Virus record (IMG/VR): IMGVR_UViG_3300045685_000034
Span: 4,507 to 68,506 of that record
Length of the DNA stretch: 64,000 nucleotides
From: a virus
Reading direction: 5' to 3' (one strand)
The notes under the pieces: generated by a model
What the model saw: the letters and a program-made list of their open reading frames with translations, nothing else
The model's database searches: none
What the model was told of the DNA's origin: nothing
In this document: one piece after another, positions 46,331 through 57,115 of the stretch
Position numbering within the stretch: position 1 is the first letter of the stretch
Layout of the letters: the number at the start of each line of letters is the position of its first letter
Position numbers and translations under genes: made by a program

Positions 46331-47221
46331 CTATTGATTAAGGTGCTGAATAGCGTACTCAGCTTCTTCTGGAGTAAATTGGCCACCGTATTCAGAAACT
46401 AATTGATCTCTGATAGCTTCTGGTGACATTGCCATAGTATCTTGATAATTCTTTGCTGATGCCAAAGCATTTGCATTGTAGTCAGCTTTTAAGTTATCGA
46501 CAGCATATTGTGCTGCATCTGCTGCAAACTGGCCGCCGTACTCAGATGTTAATTGATCATATATATCAGCTTTTGACATGTGCATTTGACTTGAATATGT
46601 TTCCGCCTGTCTTAGTGCAGATTTATATTCTGTAGGTATACTTGCTTCTTGAGCTTTTTGTTCTTCCGCTTGTTTTCTTGCTGCCTCATCCGCAGCCTTT
46701 TTTTGTTCAGCAGCGGCTAAGACTTGAGTGTTTGGTTTAATAGTAACTTTTGTGTTCTTTGTATCCCCATCTAATGTAGAATAAATTGTTACTTCTTTAT
46801 TACTATCTCCAGATAGCTCATAGTTTAGTGAAAAATCTCCATTTGAATCTGCTTCGGTTGAATCTCCAACAATTCCCATTCCAACAGAAACGCTCGCTTT
46901 CGGAGATGTTTTTCCAGTTATTGTTGCAACTCCTTTATCATTAGTTTCAATATCCGTGGAGTTTAACGATAGTTGTAAGTTAGATTTCTCTTTTTTACTA
47001 TTATTAGAATCAGTGTCCTTTTTCTTACTGATGGTTTCTTTTTTATTCCCTTCTTCTTCAGTATTTTTATCTGATGAAGGACTAGTAACACCAACTAAAA
47101 GCATCGAAATGATGGCGACTCCAATAGCAATATTTCGGTTGTTTTTGTTAGGCGATTTCTTTATAAAGTACCAAATCCCTATACAACTAATGATGAAAAT
47201 GATTGTAAATAAACTAGACAT
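46331..47221 (-). CDS. Ltp-family surface protein (superinfection exclusion)
   Basis: Two C-terminal repeats MS..AIYDQL.SEYGGQF..EA.QYA. Confidence 0.92.
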   Translation of the reverse strand: MSSLFTIIFIISCIGIWYFIKKSPNKNNRNIAIGVAIISMLLVGVTSPSSDKNTEEEGNKKETISKKKDTDSNNSKKEKSNLQLSLNSTDIETNDKGVATITGKTSPKASVSVGMGIVGDSTEADSNGDFSLNYELSGDSNKEVTIYSTLDGDTKNTKVTIKPNTQVLAAAEQKKAADEAARKQAEEQKAQEASIPTEYKSALRQAETYSSQMHMSKADIYDQLTSEYGGQFAADAAQYAVDNLKADYNANALASAKNYQDTMAMSPEAIRDQLVSEYGGQFTPEEAEYAIQHLNQ

Positions 47222-47305
47222 TCTTTTTCCCCTTTTCTATGTTAAAATATCATTGTTGAAATCCTTTTTTGGAAGGATAAGCTCGTGTTCGCAGCACGGG
47301 CTTTA

Positions 47306-47941
47306 TTAATACACGTTAATAATTCTATAAAAATCTGATCCAAATCCACATTCATACTTGTGTACAAGTTTGTATGCATACTGCGGTGTGCAGTCTCTTT
47401 CAAAGACTAAGAAAGTGCGAACTCGATTTCTATAAGCACCTTTGCTCATAAAAAAGAAGTTGGCCGTACGATAAAAGTTTCTAAATTTATTGATTGCATA
47501 TATCAAGGCCTCATCATTAGCCATTAAGATACCTGCTCCACAATTTGCCCTTTTCTCAGTGAACTCGTCTTCTGCTAAATAGTCCTCTTCTGTCACAAGA
47601 TCCGAAAATGCTCTTCCGCCATTCTCCTTAATCGGATCACAGTATGCATGTATTGTTTCATGCATTTCAGAAAAATATCTTCTTTCTATCATAGATAATT
47701 TGTTAACAGCTAAAACAATAACTCCTTCTACCATTTGTGTGGAACCTAACATTATTCTATCCAAAGGGGGTTTAAAGTAATGTTCTACATAAATGGCAAG
47801 CTTGTCCTCTTCAACAAAATTTTTAATATGAAAATTTTTAACATCCTTAACTTCTATTCCGTAAAAATCTGCAGTTCTCTTCGCAATTGAATTAGCAACA
47901 AAAGACGCTTCTCTATAAGCATCTTCATCATAAAAATCCAT
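47306..47941 (-). CDS. ImmA/IrrE-family metallopeptidase
   Basis: RRYFSEMHETIH (HExxH), EKRANCGA. Confidence 0.85.
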   Translation of the reverse strand: MDFYDEDAYREASFVANSIAKRTADFYGIEVKDVKNFHIKNFVEEDKLAIYVEHYFKPPLDRIMLGSTQMVEGVIVLAVNKLSMIERRYFSEMHETIHAYCDPIKENGGRAFSDLVTEEDYLAEDEFTEKRANCGAGILMANDEALIYAINKFRNFYRTANFFFMSKGAYRNRVRTFLVFERDCTPQYAYKLVHKYECGFGSDFYRIINVY

Positions 47942-47963
47942 AAACAGTTACCAGCCTCAAAAA

Positions 47964-48344
47964 TTATTTATTCTTTCTTGCTTTTCTTTCTCTCGCCTTT
48001 TTAATCAAGAAATCTGTATAGTCAATTAAAGATTCCTCGATTTTTTCTGTCTCATCAGGATCAAACCCAGCAGTGTTAAGTCTGAAATATCCCATTAGAT
48101 CAGTACCGGGGCCTTTATCATGTTCAGCAATTGGTTTAGAATCGTCCGTTCTACCAAGAAGATAATCTACGGAGACATTAAAATAGTCGGCTACTTTTTG
48201 TAATTTATCAGAAGCAGGAGAACTATTTTTCCAACGATATAAAGAATTTTTCCCAAAATCTAATTTTTCTTCAAGTTCTACAATAGAAATTTTCTGTCTG
48301 TCTGCAAGTTCTTTTACGCGATCAAACGTTGTCATATCAATCAC
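47964..48344 (-). CDS. CI-like XRE repressor
   Basis: ISIVELEEKLDFGKNSLYRWK..KVADYFNVSVDYLLGR. Confidence 0.93.
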   Translation of the reverse strand: MIDMTTFDRVKELADRQKISIVELEEKLDFGKNSLYRWKNSSPASDKLQKVADYFNVSVDYLLGRTDDSKPIAEHDKGPGTDLMGYFRLNTAGFDPDETEKIEESLIDYTDFLIKKARERKARKNK

Positions 48345-48632
48345 CTCGTGTAATAGCCAAAGAATATTGCATAATTATATAGAAAAATAATTGACATCTA
48401 TCTTTCTGTATAATATACTTCATTCATAAGCTAGTTATTGAGCTTGAAACAAAACTAAAGAGAACCATTAAAAATTAAACTATTTCGCGGTCGCCAAACT
48501 TAGAAATGTTAATTTAAAGGCTTTTTTGTAGTCTTATTTAGCTATGTACTCATTCTATATAATTATATAGACCAAGTCAATACATAGCTCTAATAAAAGC
48601 TCAAAAACTAGCTATTTTTTTTAAAGGAAGGA
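48345..48632. promoter_or_regulatory. lysis/lysogeny switch region
   Basis: TTGACA..TAATAT promoter near 48393-48420; ATAATTATATAG repeated at ~48370 and ~48559. Confidence 0.6.
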
Positions 48633-48845
48633 GTGAGTGTTTTGTTAATCAAAGATTTTGAGGAAATCGTATTGGTTCAAATGCATCGCCAAGGAAAGAA
48701 TTGGAAAGACTTGGCAACCGTTATCGGGAAATCTGACACATATACGAAACAAGTTGTTAAGGGAATTCAAAACGGCGACAGAGCTAAAGAGTATCGCCAA
48801 CAGATTTCTGAACATTTGGGAATTGTGTTTATTGAGGAGGAGTAA
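48633..48845 (+). CDS. Cro-like protein
   Basis: Divergent from CI; WKDLATVIGKSDTYTKQVV. Confidence 0.8.
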   Translation: MSVLLIKDFEEIVLVQMHRQGKNWKDLATVIGKSDTYTKQVVKGIQNGDRAKEYRQQISEHLGIVFIEEE

Positions 48846-48848
48846 TAA

Positions 48849-49160
48849 TTGGGTGATATCTTGGATTCTTCATCTCAAAATTTTTTGTACAACATCGTAG
48901 AAAAAATTCTTAGGAAAATGTTCGAAAGAGTGATAGATGAAGCTAAAAAGGATTTAACTGAACGCGCAGAATATTTAGATATCAAGCAGTTGTCAACTAG
49001 ATATTCTATGTCCGTTCCTGAGGTAGAACAAAATTTTGTAAAAGACAAAAGAATGCAAATGATCGAAAAAAGGAAGCCTGGAACTCACAAAGGGAAAAGG
49101 TATTGGCAAGCCGACGAAGCAATAAGAATCTGTAACGACATTATGGATCATTGGGATTAA
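48849..49160 (+). CDS. hypothetical protein (possible excisionase-like)
   Basis: EYLDIKQLSTRYSMS. Confidence 0.6.
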   Translation: MGDILDSSSQNFLYNIVEKILRKMFERVIDEAKKDLTERAEYLDIKQLSTRYSMSVPEVEQNFVKDKRMQMIEKRKPGTHKGKRYWQADEAIRICNDIMDHWD

Positions 49161-49171
49161 GGAGATAGCAA

Positions 49172-49363
49172 ATGAAAAAAATCTATTGGCTACGACGACT
49201 ATTGCTACTTATTACAATGTTCGGAGTCGGAGCTGCAGCGACAGGAGTAACGCCTACATGGATCAAATTCATTTTAATTGCTGGAGGTGGCGGCTACTTA
49301 CTTTTGATGGCAGAGTTCGAGTATGAACAACAAAAAAGCCCTACACCGTCTGCAAACGAGTAG
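49172..49363 (+). CDS. small phage membrane protein
   Basis: Paralog of 2511-2702. Confidence 0.8.
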   Translation: MKKIYWLRRLLLLITMFGVGAAATGVTPTWIKFILIAGGGGYLLLMAEFEYEQQKSPTPSANE

Positions 49364-49398
49364 AGCAAAAAATGGAATACATCTAAGGAGATTTTAAC

Positions 49399-49638
49399 AT
49401 GAATGAATTTAATAACGCAATAAGTGTGAGCGGTTTAGGCGATGACATTAACTCAGCTATGATGCAAAACGCACAGCGACAAGTCATCCAAGAAATTATG
49501 AACGCAGCACAAAACGGTAGAACTGAATGCACTACACAATCAAAAGGAGCAACACCATCTTTTCTAGCACAACTTGAAGAAGAGGGTGTATTCAATATTC
49601 CTAAAGGAAACAGTGTCACCTTATTTTGGGAATGGTAA
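49399..49638 (+). CDS. hypothetical protein
   Basis: RBS AAGGAG. Confidence 0.7.
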   Translation: MNEFNNAISVSGLGDDINSAMMQNAQRQVIQEIMNAAQNGRTECTTQSKGATPSFLAQLEEEGVFNIPKGNSVTLFWEW

Positions 49639-49661
49639 ACAAAACGAAGGGTGGAAGAAAG

Positions 49662-50333
49662 ATGACGGAAAAAACTTTCAACGAAAAAGTTGTATCTGTA
49701 CAAAGTAGTTTGAAGGCTCCTAAGGGTCAATTTAATAAGTTCGGTAAATATAACTATCGGTCCTTAGAGGATATTAACGAAGCAGTAAAACCATTATTGG
49801 CTAAAGAAGGGCTGAAACTAACGATTAGCGATGAGCTTGTTTTAATTGGAGATCGAATCTACGTGAAATCCACTGCACATCTCTCAGATGGCAGTGAGTA
49901 CATCAATGTTAGTGGTTACGCAAGAGAGGCAGAATCTAAGAAGGGAATGGACGAGTCGCAAATTACAGGGACAGCTTCATCATATGCCAGAAAATACGCG
50001 CTCAACGGTCTGTTTCTTATTGACGATACCAAAGATGCTGATACAAATGAAAATCAAAATGAACGAAATGAACGGTCTAAAACTCAAAGCAACAAACGTC
50101 CTCCGCAAGAAAGCAAAGGAACAAAATCAGCTGATAAGACTTCTAAAGAATTATCGAACGCTCAGAGAGATATAGCGATCCAAAAAATGACGGAATTTTC
50201 AAATGTGCAATCAATGACTATCCAACAGGCAACAGAAAAACTGTTTCCATATCTGAAAATCAACTCAAAATTATCAGACCTTACGTCAGATGATTACGGC
50301 GTATTAATGAATTACTTAAATCAACATTTATAA
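49662..50333 (+). CDS. ERF-family single-strand annealing protein
   Basis: LKAPKGQFNKFGKYNYRSLEDI, GTASSYARKYAL. Confidence 0.92.
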   Translation: MTEKTFNEKVVSVQSSLKAPKGQFNKFGKYNYRSLEDINEAVKPLLAKEGLKLTISDELVLIGDRIYVKSTAHLSDGSEYINVSGYAREAESKKGMDESQITGTASSYARKYALNGLFLIDDTKDADTNENQNERNERSKTQSNKRPPQESKGTKSADKTSKELSNAQRDIAIQKMTEFSNVQSMTIQQATEKLFPYLKINSKLSDLTSDDYGVLMNYLNQHL

Positions 50334-50345
50334 GGAGGACAAGAA

Positions 50346-51320
50346 ATGACTAATGATGTAACCGTCAATGCTTTAGATTTCTCTGTCGATTTTAAAGAAT
50401 CAGAGATCAATGTTGCTCATAAAGCGCAATTTGAATCAGCTGTTAAAGCATATGCAAAACAATATGAAGATTGGGCTGTAAGTGCTGAAACGCTTCAAGA
50501 TGCTAAAGACGTCCGTGCTGAAATGAACAAAGCTAATAAGCTGATGGATGAAAAACGCAAAGAAATTAAGAAGCAGATTAATAAGCCACTAACAGAGTTT
50601 GAGGACTGGATCAAAGCTCAAAAAGCAGAAATTCAAAAGGTTATCGATCCCATCGACAAAGGCATCAAAGAATTGGAAGCGATGGAACAAGAAGAACGGC
50701 GAAAAAAACTCATGGACGAGATTGCCGAAATCGCGCCAAAATACGGCGTTAAAGTCGACGAGATCACGATTAATCCTTCTTGGTCGAACAAAGGAAATTT
50801 CACCACAAAAGGCAAATTGAACAAGAAAGCTCTAAATGAAATATGCGGCGAGATGAAAGCTGTTAAAGCTGAAAAAGATCAACTTGAAGCGAATAAAACT
50901 TTGATTGCTAACTATGCCAAGGCAGTTGGTCAAGAGCCGGAGTCTTGGGTTGTGCAGATCGAAAACGGTGCAACTCCCCAGGAACTAATGAAGCAAATTG
51001 ATCAAGCTATCAAAGCAAAGAATGAGCGGTTGGAGCAGGAACAAAAGCAGAAAGAATACGAAGATGCGATTGCTGATTTAGAAGCCAATCAAGTTGAAGT
51101 CGACAATAAAATTGTTGACGAGGAAACCGGCGAGATCGTCAATACTGTAGATTTACCTTTCGGAGAACCGGAGGAAGATCCGTTTGCTGATCCATTTCCA
51201 GTAAGTAGACCAGCAATCAAAACTGTTACTTATCGTTTATCTGCTCCTAATCATTTAATCATGCAGGCAACTCAGTATCTTCAAGGATTAGGAATTAAGA
51301 TTGAGAAAATCAGCGAGTAA
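50346..51320 (+). CDS. DUF1351-family protein
   Basis: DAKDVRAEMNK..RKEIKKQINKPLTEFE. Confidence 0.85.
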   Translation: MTNDVTVNALDFSVDFKESEINVAHKAQFESAVKAYAKQYEDWAVSAETLQDAKDVRAEMNKANKLMDEKRKEIKKQINKPLTEFEDWIKAQKAEIQKVIDPIDKGIKELEAMEQEERRKKLMDEIAEIAPKYGVKVDEITINPSWSNKGNFTTKGKLNKKALNEICGEMKAVKAEKDQLEANKTLIANYAKAVGQEPESWVVQIENGATPQELMKQIDQAIKAKNERLEQEQKQKEYEDAIADLEANQVEVDNKIVDEETGEIVNTVDLPFGEPEEDPFADPFPVSRPAIKTVTYRLSAPNHLIMQATQYLQGLGIKIEKISE

Positions 51321-51332
51321 TGGAGTGATTCC

Positions 51333-52013
51333 ATGAGGATATTTGGCAAGTTAATTCAATTGTCAGGCAACAAAATTACTTTAGAACTCGACAATGAAGC
51401 CAATGTAAAGAGAATCGGCACACTTTCTGATGGTGCTGTTCCAACAGTGGAAGTGGAAATCAAAGATGCACGGAAGATTACTGCAGCACAACGTAAATTT
51501 ATCTTTGCTTTATGTCATGACTGTGACGACTGGTCAGGTATTGAACGAGGGTATATGCGTCAGTATTTCAGAGATCAGTTTGAATACTATTTCGGATACG
51601 AAGATTTTAGTCTATCAAATTGTTCAGAAGAGGACGCAACGTTGTTCATTAATATGATTCTAGATTTTGTTTTCAAACATCAGGTTCCATTGCCGAAAGG
51701 AATAGAAATCAATCTGATTCCTGCAAATCAACAGCATTATTTTTACTTGTGCTTGAAATACCGAATCTGCTGCATCAGTGGTCAACCTCACGCTGAGATA
51801 GCACACTACAACGCAGTCGGTAATCGAAAGAGAAAAACGATTGACCATAGAAAGCTATTGTTAATGTCGTTGTCTCACAAATATCACATGGAACAGCATC
51901 AAATTGGAATCAAGGAGTTTATGAATAAATACCACGTGACACCAATCTATCTTGATACTGAAACGGTGATTGATTTAGGACTTATGTCACGGAAACAAAT
52001 AGATAGTAGGTGA
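51333..52013 (+). CDS. putative HNHc nuclease (DUF968-like)
   Basis: CCISGQPHAEIAHY, LSHKYHMEQHQIG. Confidence 0.85.
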   Translation: MRIFGKLIQLSGNKITLELDNEANVKRIGTLSDGAVPTVEVEIKDARKITAAQRKFIFALCHDCDDWSGIERGYMRQYFRDQFEYYFGYEDFSLSNCSEEDATLFINMILDFVFKHQVPLPKGIEINLIPANQQHYFYLCLKYRICCISGQPHAEIAHYNAVGNRKRKTIDHRKLLLMSLSHKYHMEQHQIGIKEFMNKYHVTPIYLDTETVIDLGLMSRKQIDSR

Positions 52014-52017
52014 TTTA

Positions 52018-52710
52018 ATGCAACGGGCTTATTATGCGATCATTCCAGCAAATGTGCGGTATGACAAAAGATTGCCAGCAAATTCAAAGCTACTTTACGG
52101 AGAAATTACAGCTCTCTGTAATGAAAAAGGCTTTTGTTGGGCTGGCGATAAATATTTTGCTGATTTATACGGAGTCAGCAAGACTACAGTTCAAAATTGG
52201 CTCAAGGCTTTGTTCGAGAATAATTACATCTCTAAGGAAATTGAGTACAAAGAGGGTAGTAAAGAAATTTTGCATAGGTATATAAGAATTCTTGAGTACC
52301 CTACCCAAGAAAACTTGCATACCCCTACCCAAGAAAACTTGAGAGATAATAATACACTTATTAATAATACAAAGAATAATATGTCGAGTTCAGAAAAAAT
52401 ACCATACAAAGAGATTATCTCTTACTTGAATCAAGTGACTAACAAAAAATATAAAGTCACTCAAAAATGGAAAGACTTAATCAAGGCAAGGTGGAATGAA
52501 GGACAAAGATTAGATGATTTCAAAAAGGTTATCAATGTAAAAAGTTCGCAATGGTTAAACGATTCAAATATGAATAAGTATCTAAGACCACAAACATTGT
52601 TTGGTAATAAGTTTGATGACTATTTACAGGAATTTAGAGAACCTATTAAACCCAAACAAACGAAAAATGATTTTGAAGGACTAGAAGATTTATTCGGTGA
52701 TCCTGCATGA
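52018..52710 (+). CDS. replication initiator (HTH + conserved phage C-terminal domain)
   Basis: YYAIIPANVRYD..KLLYGEI; YLRPQTLFGNKFDDYL. Confidence 0.9.
   Translation: MQRAYYAIIPANVRYDKRLPANSKLLYGEITALCNEKGFCWAGDKYFADLYGVSKTTVQNWLKALFENNYISKEIEYKEGSKEILHRYIRILEYPTQENLHTPTQENLRDNNTLINNTKNNMSSSEKIPYKEIISYLNQVTNKKYKVTQKWKDLIKARWNEGQRLDDFKKVINVKSSQWLNDSNMNKYLRPQTLFGNKFDDYLQEFREPIKPKQTKNDFEGLEDLFGDPA
52299..52341 (+). repeat. iteron-like direct repeat CCCTACCCAAGAAAACTTG x2
   Basis: Read directly inside the initiator gene. Confidence 0.75.
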
Positions 52711-53939
52711 TTCAGAATTTTGAAATGCAGTTAACGGCAACACTTCTAATTGACCCAAAACAAATACAGTTTTTGGATATTAACCCTGACTGGATCGAAG
52801 GAGATAGCTTTAAACAAGTTATTTCTGCTATTCAATCCAAAAACGGCGAAGAAGAATTGCTTAGTGATATTCAAAAGACCATTAAGCAACTGTATCCATT
52901 ATCTTCTCTAACTGCTGATGATCTGATTGTTCTAAAGACAAGCGAACCAACGGCAAGTCAAGTAAGTTTTTATGCTAACCAAGTCCATAAAGATTACTTG
53001 AAAAGGGAATTGAAACGACTAACTTCCGAATACTCATTATCAGAGGATGATCGCTTCTTGACCCAAATTACTATGTATCAAGAAGAACTTGAAAGTCTAA
53101 AAAAAGTAAAGTCCGATGGTTCAATTGCTAAAGGCTATGCAGATTTCGTTGAACACTTAGAAGCGAAACAAAATCCGTTCATTCGGACTTTTCCGAAACT
53201 AGATACTTCCCTTGGTGGCGGTTTTGGACCTGGTGAGTTAGCTGTCATCGGCGCAAGACCAGCGGTAGGTAAAACAGCTTTTGCTATTAATTTGGCAATG
53301 TCTGCACTAGAAAGGACTAAAGATGTTGCGGTAGACCTATTTACGCTTGAAATGACCACAGAGCAAATGATGTATCGCTTTGTTTCTAAAAAAGCAAAGA
53401 TCAACAATATGCAGATTCGAAATCCTATCAAGTTGCCTAACGAGAAAAAGCGGCAAGCAGCATTAGCCTACAAAGAACTCTCTAAGCTCAATATTCGTAT
53501 TTATGATCAAGAATACACTCAACTTAATGACATCGTTCTAGCAATTAGAAAACGAGCTAAAAAGGGCAAGTATTTGGCGATTATCGACTATGCAGGACTT
53601 GTTGCAGTTAAGGATTCGCGAAAAAACGCAAGGGAAATCTTAAACGAGGTAACACGTCGGTTGAAGTTGTTGACTAATGAGTTAGGAATCACAGTCATTC
53701 TGCTTTCGCAGTTAAGCCGGGATACTGAAAAAACCGGAAAAGTTCCTACGTTGGCAGATTTAAAAGAATCGGGATCATTAGAACAAGATGCCAATATTGT
53801 CATGTTCCTTTACCGTGAAAAACCAGACGATCGTAAACATGTGCAAGTGAAAATCGCTAAGAGTCGAGACGGTGTGATTGGAGAAATTCCATTCAAATTC
53901 ATAGGGCAGTTTATGGAATTTTCAACGGAGGATTACTGA
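52707..53939 (+). CDS. dnaB: DnaB-like replicative helicase
   Basis: GARPAVGKT, IIDYAGL, LSQLSR, LKESGSLEQDA. Confidence 0.95.
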   Translation: MIQNFEMQLTATLLIDPKQIQFLDINPDWIEGDSFKQVISAIQSKNGEEELLSDIQKTIKQLYPLSSLTADDLIVLKTSEPTASQVSFYANQVHKDYLKRELKRLTSEYSLSEDDRFLTQITMYQEELESLKKVKSDGSIAKGYADFVEHLEAKQNPFIRTFPKLDTSLGGGFGPGELAVIGARPAVGKTAFAINLAMSALERTKDVAVDLFTLEMTTEQMMYRFVSKKAKINNMQIRNPIKLPNEKKRQAALAYKELSKLNIRIYDQEYTQLNDIVLAIRKRAKKGKYLAIIDYAGLVAVKDSRKNAREILNEVTRRLKLLTNELGITVILLSQLSRDTEKTGKVPTLADLKESGSLEQDANIVMFLYREKPDDRKHVQVKIAKSRDGVIGEIPFKFIGQFMEFSTEDY

Positions 53940-54265
53940 TGAATTACAAAGAGTTTAAAGAGCTTATGAACGCTGAGGGACTTGAAGAAAGTGAACTTGT
54001 TAAGTTTTACCTAAAGGAAGCAGGCAAGTGTCAAAAATACGCAAAAAAGTTAGAGGCTGTAGAAGCTCGTAGGAACGTCATAGAGAAGCAATTAAGGAAA
54101 AAGGAAGGATATATCTGGTTTGCTTTTTTCACTGCTGTAGACGAAAAAGAACAGGGATTCAGGTACGTTGAAGACGGCGAGAAGGTTTTGCCAGTATTGC
54201 TCCAGCAAATCGAAGACATAAAAGAAAATGCTTATCTCAGAAAGAAGGCCGCTAATGGAAGTTAA
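53939..54265 (+). CDS. hypothetical protein
   Basis: Coupled ORF. Confidence 0.7.
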   Translation: MNYKEFKELMNAEGLEESELVKFYLKEAGKCQKYAKKLEAVEARRNVIEKQLRKKEGYIWFAFFTAVDEKEQGFRYVEDGEKVLPVLLQQIEDIKENAYLRKKAANGS

Positions 54266-54689
54266 GTTCACGGTTCCTGGTCAACCAGTGCCCCAAGGTA
54301 GACCCAGATTTACCACAAAACCATTCATGCGCTCGTACGATCCGCCTAAAAGCGCAAAGTATAAACGGAAAGTAAAAATGTTTGCTGAAAAAATAGCGCC
54401 TGAGAAACCATTGCAAGGCGAACTATATGCGGAAATATTGATCTTTAAAGAGACACTCAAATCATTTAACAAAGCAAAGAAAGTAGCAGCCGAAGCAAGA
54501 GAGTTAAGACCGATTACGAAACCTGACGCTGATAACTATGCAAAAGGAATTTTAGATGCCGTCAAAGGTGTACTTTGGGAGGATGACGGTCAAGTGGTTG
54601 ACCTTGTAACAAGAAAGTTTTATTCAGAAATTCCGAGAGCTGAGATCACGATTAGGGAAATTTCTGATGTACAAGAAAAATTATTTTAG
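54255..54689 (+). CDS. rusA: RusA-family resolvase
   Basis: PVPQGRPRF, KPDADNYAK, DDGQV. Confidence 0.92.
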   Translation: MEVKFTVPGQPVPQGRPRFTTKPFMRSYDPPKSAKYKRKVKMFAEKIAPEKPLQGELYAEILIFKETLKSFNKAKKVAAEARELRPITKPDADNYAKGILDAVKGVLWEDDGQVVDLVTRKFYSEIPRAEITIREISDVQEKLF

Positions 54690-54700
54690 GGGGAATCGTA

Positions 54701-54892
54701 ATGGACTTGGATATGCTTGATCGCATGATTGACGCTTCAAAGAAAGCGCACAACGAATACACAAAATCAGATATTGACTTAGTTTCAATTTATGGAGACG
54801 AAAAATCAGCGACACTAATCACGACCAAGGATGAAATGACAGCAACTATCACATTAAAAATTGGGGGAAATAATAATGACACTACAATTTAA
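54701..54892 (+). CDS. hypothetical protein
   Basis: ORF with RBS. Confidence 0.6.
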   Translation: MDLDMLDRMIDASKKAHNEYTKSDIDLVSIYGDEKSATLITTKDEMTATITLKIGGNNNDTTI

Positions 54893-55421
54893 GGCAGCGT
54901 TGAGAGATAAAGGACAAGCAAATGATGATACGAAAAAATTACTTTTAGAAGTTCCCGTATCTGCGTTGAAGGGAAAAGTGGAAGAATTGACTGGCTTAGT
55001 TAATCGTAAAGTCGATATCAAATTGATTCCTAGATATGTTTTTTACAAGGCACTTTTTGAAAAATCAACTGGGAAACCAATCGAAACCTATGAGCCTGAC
55101 GAAAAAGGAATTTGGGTCAGACACGAGGAGCAACAAATGAATCTAATTGGATCAAACGATGTGGAAGAAAGAGAATTTGAAATCGAGTTCGATGTCATTG
55201 ATGCCTTCATGAGTGCGACAACTTTAAACTACAAAAAGATTCCTAAACTACAAGCAATTGTGAACCAACTTCTTAACCATGAAAGTCTCGATGATGTTGC
55301 ATTGAGTAATAAAATGAGTTCTTTCGAATTAGAAACAGAGTTAAATGCTGCGCGTATTCATTATGCACCTTATGCTGCTGCATGGGACAAACAGCGTCAG
55401 GAGGAGGAACTAGATGATTAA
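54876..55421 (+). CDS. hypothetical protein
   Basis: ORF with RBS. Confidence 0.7.
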   Translation: MTLQFKAALRDKGQANDDTKKLLLEVPVSALKGKVEELTGLVNRKVDIKLIPRYVFYKALFEKSTGKPIETYEPDEKGIWVRHEEQQMNLIGSNDVEEREFEIEFDVIDAFMSATTLNYKKIPKLQAIVNQLLNHESLDDVALSNKMSSFELETELNAARIHYAPYAAAWDKQRQEEELDD

Positions 55422-55857
55422 TAATGTCGTACTGGTTGGGCGTCTTACTAAAGACCCCGACCTCCGTTATACGGGGAGCGGAACACCAGTTGCCAGCTTC
55501 ACACTAGCTGTTAACCGAGATTTTAAGAACGCCGCTGGTGAACAAGAAGCAGACTTTATCAATTGTGTTATCTGGCGGAAGTCAGCTGAAACATTAGCAA
55601 ATACCGTTCGTAAAGGACAACAAATCGGCGTTGTCGGCCGAGTGCAGACACGTAGCTACGAGAATCAGCAAGGTCAAAAAGTCTTTGTTACCGAAGTTGT
55701 TGCAGAGAGATTCAACTATTTAGAAAAACGCGAAGGAAACTCGAATAGTAGCAACAGTCAGAAACAGTCAAATAATCAACAAAATTTTGATAGAAGTAGC
55801 GATCCATTTTCAGGTTCATCAATTGATATTTCTGATGATGATCTACCGTTCGCGTAG
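55414..55857 (+). CDS. ssb: single-stranded DNA-binding protein
   Basis: [20 protein letters not shown]. Confidence 0.97.
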   Translation: MINNVVLVGRLTKDPDLRYTGSGTPVASFTLAVNRDFKNAAGEQEADFINCVIWRKSAETLANTVRKGQQIGVVGRVQTRSYENQQGQKVFVTEVVAERFNYLEKREGNSNSSNSQKQSNNQQNFDRSSDPFSGSSIDISDDDLPFA

Positions 55858-55867
55858 GAGGCTCATT

Positions 55868-56296
55868 ATGGAGTATAAGAAACGTGATCGAACAGGTGAA
55901 ATATATTTTGATTGGACGGTTATTGGTGAAGGGAAAGAAAACAGGACTTGGATTATGCAGTGCAAATGTGGTCGCGAGAAAACAGTAAAAGCGGATAGAA
56001 TGCATGCTTCGAGAAGTTGTTTAAGTTGCAGCAAGAAAGCAACTAGCAAGAATTTAGGCAAGTTTTTATCATCAGTAAATAATCTAGCGCCTAGGCGGTC
56101 AACTCTTAAATTCAATGTTATATATCAAATTGAATACTACAAATGCCTATATCCAGTGTTTGGCAGATTAGTCAACGAGTACCAGAATTCAGCTAGTTTT
56201 GAAGTTGTTGAATGTAACAAAAATGATCAAAGAGTGATTAAGGCTTTAGGAAACAGGATAAATGTTAATAAAAAATATGTAGTTGAAGTTCAATAA
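55868..56296 (+). CDS. hypothetical Cys-motif protein
   Basis: Paralog of 6953-7525. Confidence 0.75.
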   Translation: MEYKKRDRTGEIYFDWTVIGEGKENRTWIMQCKCGREKTVKADRMHASRSCLSCSKKATSKNLGKFLSSVNNLAPRRSTLKFNVIYQIEYYKCLYPVFGRLVNEYQNSASFEVVECNKNDQRVIKALGNRINVNKKYVVEVQ

Positions 56297-56314
56297 ACTA
56301 AGCAGGGGGTCACT

Positions 56315-56623
56315 ATGGACGAACTAATACAAATGATCGAAGAGTGGTCGAAAGAACGCGGAATCAATAAAGCAAATCCTCAAAAACAGATGCTTAAACT
56401 GTACGAGGAGATCGGCGAAACGTCAGCCGCTGTTGTCAGAGACGATAAAGATGCCCTTAGAGACGCGATAGGCGATTCGGTTATAACATTACTCAATTTA
56501 AGTTTGCAAACAGATATGAGCTTGTATGAGTGCATGATGCACGCTTACGGAGAAATCAATGGACGAGACGGCAAAATGATCAACGGTATGTTTGTAAAAT
56601 CGGAAGATTTGAGGATTGGATAG
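56315..56623 (+). CDS. MazG-like NTP pyrophosphohydrolase
   Basis: KQMLKLYEEIGE, DAIGD, EINGRDGKMING.FVK. Confidence 0.9.
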   Translation: MDELIQMIEEWSKERGINKANPQKQMLKLYEEIGETSAAVVRDDKDALRDAIGDSVITLLNLSLQTDMSLYECMMHAYGEINGRDGKMINGMFVKSEDLRIG

Positions 56624-56626
56624 CCT

Positions 56627-56815
56627 ATGCCAAGAAAAATAATCAGCGAGATTGCAGCTGAGTACGGTTATCAGCGGCTTAGAAAATACAGACAATGGGA
56701 TGACGTGCATTATTCTGCTGAAGTCAATGGCGTAGTGATCGTCATTAATATTGCAACAAGAGAATTATATGAGCGGAATCCGTTTACTAAAAAGCTAGTT
56801 AAAAAGGTCCGGTAA
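56627..56815 (+). CDS. hypothetical protein
   Basis: Stop lies in left arm of site T. Confidence 0.65.
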   Translation: MPRKIISEIAAEYGYQRLRKYRQWDDVHYSAEVNGVVIVINIATRELYERNPFTKKLVKKVR

Positions 56816-56831
56816 GTGGGGCAATTAAGTA
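56808..56831 (+). other. 9-6-9 site T (spacer TGGGGC), first of array 2
   Basis: TCCGGTAAG-TGGGGC-AATTAAGTA. Confidence 0.65.
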
Positions 56832-56847
56832 GAAAAAAGGTGATCAC

Positions 56848-57114
56848 ATGACCAATAAATTGCCTACTGTTCGAGTCATTAAAAACACTCATGAAAAACT
56901 CAGAAGGCTGGAAAAACAACTCTCGGAGATAATGAGTGAAAAGGGCTTTGATGGTGGATTCACTTATAGAGCAGATGAATACAATCTTTGCTACGAATGG
57001 GAATATGAGCAAATTAGCATGGTTTCAATCGTTGAAAATCAAAAAGAATTGGATTATCTGCTTGAATCTAGTTTTGATGAAGCTGTCAAATTTTTGGAAG
57101 ATCGAAGTGTTTAA
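56848..57114 (+). CDS. hypothetical cassette gene
   Basis: Lies between sites T and J. Confidence 0.7.
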   Translation: MTNKLPTVRVIKNTHEKLRRLEKQLSEIMSEKGFDGGFTYRADEYNLCYEWEYEQISMVSIVENQKELDYLLESSFDEAVKFLEDRSV

Positions 57115-57115
57115 G